Assembly: GCF_003044035.1 (NCBI RefSeq)
Contig: NZ_NVQC01000036.1
Location: 1-32,000 of the forward strand
DNA length: 32,000 nt
Direction of reading: 5' to 3'
Source: Candidatus Methylomirabilis limnetica
GTDB lineage: Bacteria; Methylomirabilota; Methylomirabilia; Methylomirabilales; Methylomirabilaceae
The translations under genes were made by a program, and so were the position numbers. This document shows, one piece after another, positions 1 through 6,546 of this stretch. The number at the start of each line of letters is the position of its first letter. Within the stretch, counting starts at the first letter, position 1. A model generated the notes under the pieces. That model was not told the DNA's origin. It was given only the letters and a program-made list of their open reading frames with translations, and made no database searches.

Positions 1-813
1 GGATTTCGACCGCAGCATGGAAAAGCCTCCGGCTTTCCCATGCTTCCCACAGGCCCGACTATCACTGAACAGAGGTGGGTTCCTTTTGCTTTATCACGGT
101 GGGTCCCTTTTGCGTTGTCAAAACGAGAAGGCTTCCGCCACTGGTGAAAAGCAACGAACCGGCGAATCCATGCCACATAGGCCTGTTCCGTGCGGTAGGC
201 GTAGTGTTCGAGCCGCAAGCATTCCCGCACCCGTGCATCCAACGCCCGCCAATTGACGGCCGTGTGTGTCTTCACCGTCGGCGCCCCTGTCGAGGGTGGA
301 GCCTCGGCAGTCCGAAGCGCCGGAGGGGCAGGGCCAACCGCGGCGCCGGGCTCCATGGCCAGGAGAACATGTTTCCGCTTGACATCCCTACGGCCTGCCG
401 CATATGTTTTGTGCGCATCCTTGCGACTACGCAACTCAGCGACAGGCGTGGGGGTTGGAGGGGAGGGTGGCTCTGAAGCGCTTTTCAGCTCACTTGCATC
501 AAGTCGCGGCGCCAGCGCGATGCCCCGCAACTGCTCGTAGTACAGTTCCATGGCGTCGCGAGCCTGCTGGACCTGCCAGTTGGACACACCCCCGCGTTGT
601 GCGATGTCCGCAAGAAATACCTCGATCTCCGTCCGTCCTAGGTCCCTGCGCCTGCGTCCCGGATGCCGCGCGAAAAACCTTCGCACCCACGCCATGCAGT
701 ACGGGATGGTTTTCTCCTGTGCCCCGGCCTCCCGCAGCACGGCGATGTACCCCCCCCGGCCACCGCGGCTGCGGGTTCAGCGGCGCCACCCCCCGTCGAG
801 TCGTTTGAGGCAT
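1..813 (-). CDS. Tyrosine recombinase, integron-integrase-like (N-terminal part only, runs off the left edge; possibly degraded)
   Basis: It is absent from the ORF track because it has no stop in the window. My hand scan found the minus-strand frame (codons 749-747, 746-744, ...) stop-free from 776 down to base 1. My translation reads ...YIAVLREAGAQEKTIPYCMAWVRRFFARHPGRRRRDLGRTEIEVFLADIAQRGGVSNWQVQQARDAMELYYEQ...NWRALDARVRECLRLEHYAYRTEQAYVAWIRRFVAFHQWRKP... The second block resembles the IntI1 N-terminus as I remember it ([29 protein letters not shown]). The ATG at 813-811 is in a different frame and joins only across a homopolymer run (C8 on the + strand, 750-757). A GTG at 740 is an alternative start. 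The catalytic domain and the IntI-specific insertion lie outside the window. Confidence 0.6.
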
Positions 814-867
814 ATCATCCCTCCCCCACCAGAATGCTATGCGTCGCGATTTCATGGAACATACTGG

Positions 868-896
868 TTGTCAAGCGGTTTTTAGACGCATATCAT
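868..896 (+). promoter_or_regulatory. Sigma70-like promoter pointing into the cassette array (Pc-like)
   Basis: TTGTCA (868-873), a 17-nt spacer, then TATCAT (891-896) on the + strand. It lies between the recombinase start and the first cassette. Confidence 0.4.
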
Positions 897-926
897 CCCA
901 GCGCGGCGTGCCGGCGGGATGCTATT

Positions 927-951
927 TTTGAGGCATAAGACTCTGTTAGCC
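927..951 (+). other. attI-like simple site ending in the core GTTAGCC
   Basis: The sequence is tttGAGGCATAAGactctGTTAGCC. The right core GTTAGCC (945-951) approximates GTTRRRY, and an imperfect inverted left core GGCATAAG lies 5 nt upstream. The motif TTTGAGGCATA recurs upstream at 804-814, with a variant TTTAGACGCATA at 881-892, each followed by TCATCCC. This resembles the direct-repeat integrase-binding sites of attI. Confidence 0.45.
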
Positions 952-982
952 CTTTCACCTCCAGACCTATGGGAGTCACTCG

Positions 983-1903
983 ATGAAAACGCCAATTGCA
1001 TGGATGCCAGTGATGGGCCGAATGGATCAGCGAAAAGACAGCATCATCTTCAAAGGCGGAAAGATCGACATTCCTGGGCAGGAACAGGAAGGATCTGAAA
1101 TCGGTCTTTTCCTGTGCAACCGAACCTTCTCAGAAGGGTCAATTGCAGTTGATGTCCGATTTGATGACGTTTCGCCAACCAGTTGTGCCGATGTCGTGCT
1201 CTTCTACGATCCTCAAAACCGATACACACTAAACGCGGGTCTTACGTATCAAAACCTATTCGCCATACGCCACTTCGACACACGATGGACTATTCATGCC
1301 ACAGCCGGCGCGGCAAACGCAATCGAAGCAAAGCGAACATATCGCCTTGAGGCATCATTGCGTGGTTCCACTGTTGCCTTGAAGTGCGACGGGGTAGAGG
1401 TTCTTCGAGTTGTGCTGCCTTTTGTGCTTCCACAAAGTCAGGTAGGCGTGTTCGGCGTTGATCGAACCAATATCGAGTTCAAGAACTTCCTGGTGAGCCC
1501 GGTCAAGCCTCGTGCCTTTGTAGTAATGCAGTTCAGTGCGCCATACAACGATGTCTACTCCGAAGTCATCAAGCAGGTATGCGACGAAGAGGAGGTAGAC
1601 GTAACCCGAATCGATGAAGAAGCTGGCCCCGGCTTAATCATTCAGGACATCAATCGAACGATCCGTGAGTCAAAGATCATTATTGCCGACATAAGTCCAA
1701 TCAACGCGAATGTGTTTTACGAGGTTGGGTTTGCACACGCCTTAAATAAGCCAACGATTCTTCTCGCCGAAAAAGGTACCAAGCTACCGTTTGATGTTTC
1801 TCCGTTCCGTACGCTCTTCTACGAGAACTCAATTGGAGGCAAGCGGTTGTTTGAAGAAGGTCTTCGGAAACATATCCGTGCCTGCCTACAGCAAAAGGGC
1901 TAA
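983..1903 (+). CDS. Uncharacterised two-domain protein: N-terminal beta-sandwich (LamG/DUF1080-like, tentative) plus C-terminal nucleoside 2-deoxyribosyltransferase/TIR-like Rossmannoid domain; integron cassette 1
   Basis: The ORF is 306 aa with a GGGAG Shine-Dalgarno (SD) 7 nt upstream of the ATG. C-terminal motif: FVVMQF...IIIADISPINANVFYEVGFAHALNKPTILLAE...LPFDV. This hhhADhS-x3-N-x-NVFYEhGhAHAhxKPhhhh pattern is what I associate with NDT/TIR-like (STIR-class) domains. The N-terminal half is rich in beta-strand pattern and ends ...VGVFGVDRTNIEFKNFLV, reminiscent of DUF1080/concanavalin-like folds. The domain calls come from pattern memory, not a search. Confidence 0.85.
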   Translation: MKTPIAWMPVMGRMDQRKDSIIFKGGKIDIPGQEQEGSEIGLFLCNRTFSEGSIAVDVRFDDVSPTSCADVVLFYDPQNRYTLNAGLTYQNLFAIRHFDTRWTIHATAGAANAIEAKRTYRLEASLRGSTVALKCDGVEVLRVVLPFVLPQSQVGVFGVDRTNIEFKNFLVSPVKPRAFVVMQFSAPYNDVYSEVIKQVCDEEEVDVTRIDEEAGPGLIIQDINRTIRESKIIIADISPINANVFYEVGFAHALNKPTILLAEKGTKLPFDVSPFRTLFYENSIGGKRLFEEGLRKHIRACLQQKG

Positions 1904-1963
1904 CCCGGCAGTCCACCGGACCTGCGCGAAAAGCCGCGCAGGCCGGTGACTTCAACGTTGGAC
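1898..1963 (+). other. attC-like recombination site of cassette 1
   Basis: R'' is GGCTAAC (1898-1904, containing the TAA stop of the cassette ORF) and R' is GTTGGAC (1957-1963). The central imperfect palindrome is CACCGG-A-CCTGCGCG/AAAAGC/CGCGCAGG-CCGGTG, with extrahelical bases. R'' is the exact reverse complement of the GTTAGCC at the start of the cassette (945-951), as expected for a mobile integron cassette. Confidence 0.6.
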
Positions 1964-2032
1964 GAAAATGAGAAAATAGAGATGAGATCAAAACATCTTG
2001 CATCTGTGTTGCGAATGTGACACAATAGGATT

Positions 2033-2290
2033 ATGAAAACAGCAGTCGTCCACGCGCGTATTGAACCGCAAACAAAGCAAAAGGCCGAAGGGGTCCTTCG
2101 CAAGCTTGGCCTTACTCCCACGGAGGCGATCCGTATCTTCTACCGGCAGATATCCCTCCGTGGCGGATTGCCTTTCCCGGTCGCGATTCCGAACGAGCTG
2201 ACGGCGTCTACCCTGGAGAAGAGCCGTCGCGGCGAACACGTTCAGGAATACGAGTCTTTAGAAGCAATGTTCAAGAATTGGGAGAAATGA
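2033..2290 (+). CDS. dinJ: Type II antitoxin, DinJ/RelB family
   Basis: The 85-aa ORF reads MKTAVVHARIEPQTKQKAEGVLRKLGLTPTEAIRIFYRQI...GLPFP, which aligns by eye with E. coli DinJ. Its stop overlaps the toxin start in an ATGA. Confidence 0.85.
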   Translation: MKTAVVHARIEPQTKQKAEGVLRKLGLTPTEAIRIFYRQISLRGGLPFPVAIPNELTASTLEKSRRGEHVQEYESLEAMFKNWEK

Positions 2291-2559
2291 AGAAGGTCTC
2301 GCAGACCAGGCAGTTTTCCCGGGATATCAAGCGCATGCGGAAACGAGGGGAAGACCTGCACAAGCTGCAGGAGGTTGTCGAGCTTCTGGCCGAGGGCACT
2401 CCGCTTCCAGCAAACCACAGAGACCATCCACTCATCGGACCGTGGCAGCCGTCGCGCGACTGCCACATTGAAGCCGACTGGATCTTGATTTACACTGCAG
2501 ATAAAGACTCGCTTCGGCTTGAACGGACCGGCACGCACCGCGACCTTTTCAAGAAATGA
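2287..2559 (+). CDS. yafQ: Type II toxin, YafQ family mRNA interferase
   Basis: ...HRDHPLIGPWQPSRDCHIEADWILIYTADKDSLRLERTGTHRDLF matches the YafQ signature (DHPL.G.W...RD.H.EPDWILIY...L.FERTGTH). The ATG at 2287 overlaps the dinJ stop. The track ORF begins at a TTG at 2278. Confidence 0.85.
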   Translation: MKKVSQTRQFSRDIKRMRKRGEDLHKLQEVVELLAEGTPLPANHRDHPLIGPWQPSRDCHIEADWILIYTADKDSLRLERTGTHRDLFKK

Positions 2560-2563
2560 GATC

Positions 2564-2602
2564 GTCCAACAGGTCGCTCCAGTCGACGCCGTTAGAACGG
2601 CG
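2564..2602 (+). other. Partial or degenerate attC-like site of cassette 2
   Basis: GTCCAAC (2564-2570) lies 4 nt after the yafQ stop. It fits RYYYAAC and is the exact reverse complement of the GTTGGAC that opens cassette 2 (1957-1963). It is followed by a small hairpin, CGCCGT-TAGA-ACGGCG. No convincing full-length right arm or R' was found. A second GTCCAAC occurs at 2850-2856. Confidence 0.35.
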
Positions 2603-2620
2603 CGGATGAGCTTTGTCATT

Positions 2621-2746
2621 AGGCTAAGGTAGGCCGATAAGATGACCTCAGCTTGACCCCGCGTGCGGGTACCCTCAGCGCGCCCACTGCATTTCCCCGG
2701 AGTAGATCTTCATGATCTTCGTAAGCAGGTCGATGGCGTCGGAGCG
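2621..2746. repeat. Direct repeat copy 1 (aldolase 3' end plus downstream flank)
   Basis: It aligns with 3739-3863. A 25-nt block aggctaaggtaggNcgataagatga has one difference, the middle is more diverged, and the 54-nt coding tail has three differences (hand alignment). Confidence 0.8.
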
Positions 2747-2750
2747 CCGA
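2675..2750 (-). pseudogene. Orphan 3'-terminal fragment of a class I aldolase gene (duplicate of the fba tail)
   Basis: The minus-strand translation ...RRRSDAIDLLTKIMKIYSGEMQ matches the C-terminus of the intact aldolase at 3801-4733 (...RRRSDAIDLLTKIMTIYSGEMQ*). Here the stop codon is replaced by Trp. Confidence 0.8.
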
Positions 2751-2976
2751 CGGTTAGTACCTGCAAGCAGTTCCACCACTGTCAGCAGAAGAGTATAATG
2801 CTCAGAAGCGATCCCCCGTGCCGAGGAGAATGCAATGGCTACCAAAGTTGTCCAACTGACAGATGACGAACTAAGAGCCATAATCGACGAAGTCGTCGCG
2901 CAAACCACCATCAATCTTGACAGTTGACCTGTTTATGGACTATATTCAGTCATACTCAAGTAATGGAGGTACCATT

Positions 2977-3252
2977 ATGAAACTGTCCAGCCAGATCAAG
3001 CCTATCAGTTATCTGAAAGCCCATGCCGCCGAAATCGTAAGGTGTCTGGACGAGCAGCGCGAGCCACTGGTCATCACGCAGAACGGCGAAGCCAAAGTAG
3101 TCATGCAGGGCATCAAAAGCTACGAGCAAACTCAAGACACGTTGGCTCTCCTGAAAATCCTGGCACTCGGAACCCGTCAGATCGAGGAAGGCAAGGTCCA
3201 GCCCGCTGAGAATGTACTCAAACGCCTGCGCGAGCGACGCGGTACCCACTGA
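2977..3252 (+). CDS. phd: Type II antitoxin, Phd/YefM family
   Basis: MKLSSQIKPISYLKAHAAEIVRCLDEQREPLVITQNGEAKVVMQGIKSYEQTQDTLALLK is a typical Phd/YefM N-terminus. A GGAGG SD precedes the ATG at 2977. The track ORF starts upstream at a TTG at 2917. Confidence 0.85.
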   Translation: MKLSSQIKPISYLKAHAAEIVRCLDEQREPLVITQNGEAKVVMQGIKSYEQTQDTLALLKILALGTRQIEEGKVQPAENVLKRLRERRGTH

Positions 3253-3578
3253 TGCCGTTCGCGGTTCTGCTGACCAGTGACGCAGCGCGTGATCTCGACG
3301 AAATTTATGACTATATCGCTCTGCACGATGTACCTCAAAAAGCAGATTACGTATTGGAACAGATTGAGAAAGCTTTCTCCAGACTGTCCGAATCCCCAGA
3401 GCGGGGTGCCTATCCGAAAGAGCTGCTATCGCTGGGCATTCGGGAATACCGCGAGGTTTTCTTCAAACCCTACCGCATCATTTACCGAGTTATGGGTAAT
3501 AACGTGTACGTTCTGCTGATTGTTGATGGTCGTCGTGACATGCAGTCGCTGCTGCAGCGGCGATTGCTCGAGGCGTAG
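3252..3578 (+). CDS. parE: Type II toxin, RelE/ParE family
   Basis: The 108-aa ORF has a start overlapping the antitoxin stop (TGATG). The motif ...YREVFFKPYRIIYRVMGNNVYVLLIVDGRRDMQ is typical of ParE/RelE-fold toxins. Confidence 0.85.
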   Translation: MPFAVLLTSDAARDLDEIYDYIALHDVPQKADYVLEQIEKAFSRLSESPERGAYPKELLSLGIREYREVFFKPYRIIYRVMGNNVYVLLIVDGRRDMQSLLQRRLLEA

Positions 3579-3628
3579 TGCACATTGCCCGGTTGGTATA
3601 TGTGGACGAGATATGGGAAGCCTTGAAC

Positions 3629-3657
3629 AAAAAAGAATTCGGGCATTATGGCCGAAC
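3629..3657 (-). terminator. Possible rho-independent terminator (minus strand) downstream of fba
   Basis: The minus strand reads gTTCGGCcataatgCCCGAAttcTTTTTTg, a short imperfect stem followed by a T6 run. Confidence 0.3.
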
Positions 3658-3738
3658 AAGGGCATTCAGTAGATTCTGGAATACTTGGGTTGTGGAAGCT
3701 CGATCGCCGCGACCGGTGCCACTGATGCTCAGCGCGTC

Positions 3739-3863
3739 AGGCTAAGGTAGGACGATAAGATGAGCGATGCAGACCCTGCACGCGGGTGCCCGCAACGTGC
3801 CTACTGCATCTCCCCGGAGTAGATCGTCATGATCTTCGTGAGCAGGTCGATGGCGTCGGAGCG
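3739..3863. repeat. Direct repeat copy 2 (functional 3' end of fba plus flank)
   Basis: See copy 1 at 2621-2746. Confidence 0.8.
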
Positions 3864-4733
3864 GCGGCGCTGGAACGAGTTGCGGCCGATGATCGTGCCG
3901 AACCTACCGCCATCGCGGATAGCCCGGATCTCATCCAGGACGGCATTATCGTCCTCCTTTGCCGCCCCGCCGGAGAAGATCACCATCCGTCGCCCATCGA
4001 AAGCGCTCTGGACCACATGCCGGACGCGATCCGCCAAGGTCCCGATCGGTACCTTGGTCTTCTCGTAGACCTTCTTGGCCTCCGGCTGCTCGATGTGGGC
4101 GGTGGGTAGCTTCACCTTGATGAGGTGGGCGCCAAGCTGCGCGGCGATCTGTGCCGCGTAGGCCACCACGTCGATCGCCGTCTCGCCCTCCTTGCTTAGA
4201 CCGGTGCCGCGCGGGTACGACCAGCAGACGGCGATCAGGCCGGACGCCTTGGCCTCAGCCGCGATCTCGCGGAACTGCTGGTACATCGTAGCGCAATGAG
4301 CCGAGCCGGGGTAGATCGTGAAGCCCACGCCGACACACCCCAGGCGCAGCGCATCTTTCACGCTGGCCGTCACCGCCGAAAGCGGGTCCTTATCGTCGTA
4401 CAGCACGTCGTGGCTATTGAGCTTCAGGATCATAGGGATCTGGCCGGCGAAGTCCGCCGCGCCTGCCTCGATGAAGCCAAGCGGCGCCGCGTAGGCGCTC
4501 AAGCGCGCCTCAATCGCCAGCTCAAAGTGGTAGTGCGGGTGGTAGGCAGGCGGATTGATCGCGAAGCTACGCGCCGGACCGTGTTCAAAACCTTGATCCA
4601 CCGGCAAGATCACCAGTCGGCCTGTGCCGCCAAGGTAGCCATGGTTCAACAGGCGCGCCAAGTTCGTCAGCTTTCCCGGATTGTCACCACTGTACCATCC
4701 GAGAATCTCACGGGTACGTGTATTCAGGCGCAT
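3801..4733 (-). CDS. fba: Fructose-bisphosphate aldolase, class I (DhnA/FbaB type)
   Basis: The 310-aa ORF contains LVILPVDQGFEHGP...ILKLN...LIKVKLP, which resembles DhnA-family class I aldolases. Confidence 0.85.
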   Translation of the reverse strand: MRLNTRTREILGWYSGDNPGKLTNLARLLNHGYLGGTGRLVILPVDQGFEHGPARSFAINPPAYHPHYHFELAIEARLSAYAAPLGFIEAGAADFAGQIPMILKLNSHDVLYDDKDPLSAVTASVKDALRLGCVGVGFTIYPGSAHCATMYQQFREIAAEAKASGLIAVCWSYPRGTGLSKEGETAIDVVAYAAQIAAQLGAHLIKVKLPTAHIEQPEAKKVYEKTKVPIGTLADRVRHVVQSAFDGRRMVIFSGGAAKEDDNAVLDEIRAIRDGGRFGTIIGRNSFQRRRSDAIDLLTKIMTIYSGEMQ

Positions 4734-4795
4734 CGCCTTCTTCGAATCGGCCCGCAGGTCAAGTTCCGGCCCGGGCCGCGCGCAGGGTGAGCGCG

Positions 4796-5815
4796 TTACC
4801 GCTTCCCTTGGTAGAACTCCTCGGCGAGGATCACGTCATCGGGGCTGCCGATGATTATTGGCACGCGCTGGTGATATTCCGACGGCTCGATGTCCAGGAT
4901 CCGCTCATCGCCGGTGCTGGCCCGTCCCCCAGCCTGCTCCACGATATAGGCCATTGGTGCTACCTCATAGAGAAGTCGGAGCTTTCCTTTGGCATTCTTT
5001 CCCTCGCCGGCCTCGCCCGGGTACATAAAGAGCCCGCCTTCAAGCAGCGTGCGGTGCAGATCCGCCACCATCGACCCGACGTAGCGGAGCGAATAAGGGC
5101 GGCCTGTCGCTTTGTCCGGCGTACTCAGATAATCGACCACCCGGCGAGTCGGTTCGGACCAGCGATGGTAGTTCCCATGGTTCACACTGTACGTCTTGCC
5201 CTGTCGCGGAATCCGAATGTCGGGGTGTGTCAGGACGTAATCGTCCAGCGTATGATCCCATGTAAAGCCATGCACTGCATGACCAGCGGCGTAAACGAAC
5301 ATGGTACTGGGGCCATACATCACATAGCCGGCCGCCACCTGCTCTGTCCCTTTCCGCAAGATATCCGCCGCCATATGTTCCCGCCCATGGCCACGCCGGT
5401 GCCGCACCGAAAAGATCGTTCCCACTGTCCCATTGATGTCGATATTCGACGAGCCATCGACCGGATCGAAACAGACCACATAACTCCCGGGGAGGCAGTT
5501 GCGGTCGACATGTAACGGCGCTTCCATCTCCTCTGAGACCATCGTACAGACGAGGCCGGTCTCCTTTAGCGCATCCACGAGCACATCGTTCGACCAGAGA
5601 TCAAGCTGGGCGATCTGCTCTCCCTGAACGTTTATCTCCCCGGTATATCCCAATTTGCCGTGCAGCGCCGCTCTATTCACCTCCCGCGAAATCAGTTTAG
5701 AGACAGTGCCTATCTTAATGAGAAGCGCGCCCAGGTCGCCCTCTATCGGTGTCCGGTCGTCCAGAAGATGACGGGTAAGGGTGATGCCTTTGCTGATCAT
5801 CGGATCCCCCATCAT
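4796..5815 (-). CDS. fbp: Fructose-1,6-bisphosphatase class 1 (likely FBP/SBPase)
   Basis: The 339-aa ORF contains ITLTRHLL..., VVCFDPVDGSSNID, YVGSMVADLHRTLL.GG.F.YP and KLRLLYE, all class I FBPase hallmarks. There are several possible Met starts (M1/M2/M6). Confidence 0.9.
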   Translation of the reverse strand: MMGDPMISKGITLTRHLLDDRTPIEGDLGALLIKIGTVSKLISREVNRAALHGKLGYTGEINVQGEQIAQLDLWSNDVLVDALKETGLVCTMVSEEMEAPLHVDRNCLPGSYVVCFDPVDGSSNIDINGTVGTIFSVRHRRGHGREHMAADILRKGTEQVAAGYVMYGPSTMFVYAAGHAVHGFTWDHTLDDYVLTHPDIRIPRQGKTYSVNHGNYHRWSEPTRRVVDYLSTPDKATGRPYSLRYVGSMVADLHRTLLEGGLFMYPGEAGEGKNAKGKLRLLYEVAPMAYIVEQAGGRASTGDERILDIEPSEYHQRVPIIIGSPDDVILAEEFYQGKR

Positions 5816-6546
5816 GGGTCTCTGCGTTGTTGTACTGTGACCGTATCGCCGTCCTGCACCAGGACCGTGTCAGCCATACCGATGAAGAGCCCCGTTCCGA
5901 CCACCCCAGGGACCCCAAGGATCGCCTGCTCGAAGGCGGCCGGATCAGAGAGAGGCGAGATGCTGCAGTCAAGAATGTAATTGCCGTTATCGGTCACGAA
6001 CGGCTGTCCGTCATGCTCGCGCACCGCCGGCCGGCATCCGAGTTCTGTGAGACGGCGGCGGCAGAGGGGCAGCCCGAACGGCACGATCTCTACGGGAAGG
6101 ATGCCACGGCTCCCCAGGACCGGCACCAGCTTTTCGGCCCCAACCAGGATGATCAGCCGTCGTGACGAGGCGGCCACAATCTTCTCGCGAACCAGCGCGC
6201 CGCCGTAGCCCTTGATAAGGTCGAGCCGAGGATCGACCTCATCCGCGCCATCAAATGTGACGTCGATATGTGACACCTCATCGAGCGTAGCCAGCGGTAT
6301 CCCAAGCTGCGTAGCCAACGCAGCCGTGACCTGCGAAGTCGAAACCGCCGTAACCCGAAGACCTGCCTTCACCGCTTGGCCCAGGGCGCGGACAAATGCG
6401 GTCGCAGCCCGCCCGGTCCCCAGACCGACTATATCGCCGTCCCTGATGAAATCTAGAGCCATGCTAGCCATGGACGGCTGAGCCCCCAGCGCGCCAGGGG
6501 CATTAGAATGTAGCTGTTGATTGTGAGTATGCGATTCTTGATTCAT
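5812..6546 (-). CDS. rpiA: Ribose-5-phosphate isomerase A
   Basis: It contains DGDIVGLGTGRAAT, FDGADEVD and LIKGYGGALVREKI. Its stop overlaps the fbp start by 4 nt. The N-terminal start is uncertain (His/Gln-rich leader). Confidence 0.9.
   Translation of the reverse strand: MNQESHTHNQQLHSNAPGALGAQPSMASMALDFIRDGDIVGLGTGRAATAFVRALGQAVKAGLRVTAVSTSQVTAALATQLGIPLATLDEVSHIDVTFDGADEVDPRLDLIKGYGGALVREKIVAASSRRLIILVGAEKLVPVLGSRGILPVEIVPFGLPLCRRRLTELGCRPAVREHDGQPFVTDNGNYILDCSISPLSDPAAFEQAILGVPGVVGTGLFIGMADTVLVQDGDTVTVQQRRDP

Noticed and set aside
17-938. Seven overlapping plus-strand ORFs (79-134 aa) at the left end of the window
   Set aside because: They are Arg/Pro/Ala-rich translations typical of the antisense or out-of-frame reading of GC-rich coding DNA. 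The minus-strand frame carries a recognisable recombinase N-terminus instead.
2564-2597. A complete 34-bp attC ending at GTTAGAA (2591-2597)
   Set aside because: It is much shorter than any attC I know of. GTTAGAA sits in the loop of a local hairpin, and the complementary R'' (TTCTAAC) expected for a following cassette is not present downstream. It is kept only as a partial or degenerate site.
2917-2976. N-terminal extension of the Phd antitoxin ORF (TTG start at 2917)
   Set aside because: The conserved Phd/YefM sequence begins at MKLSS (2977), which has its own GGAGG SD. The extension overlaps the attC-like site.
4718-5515. A 265-aa plus-strand ORF, and similar ORFs at 4296-4790, 12330-12971 and 13242-14237
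   Set aside because: All are shadow ORFs opposite well-supported genes (fbp, fba, alr, higBA).
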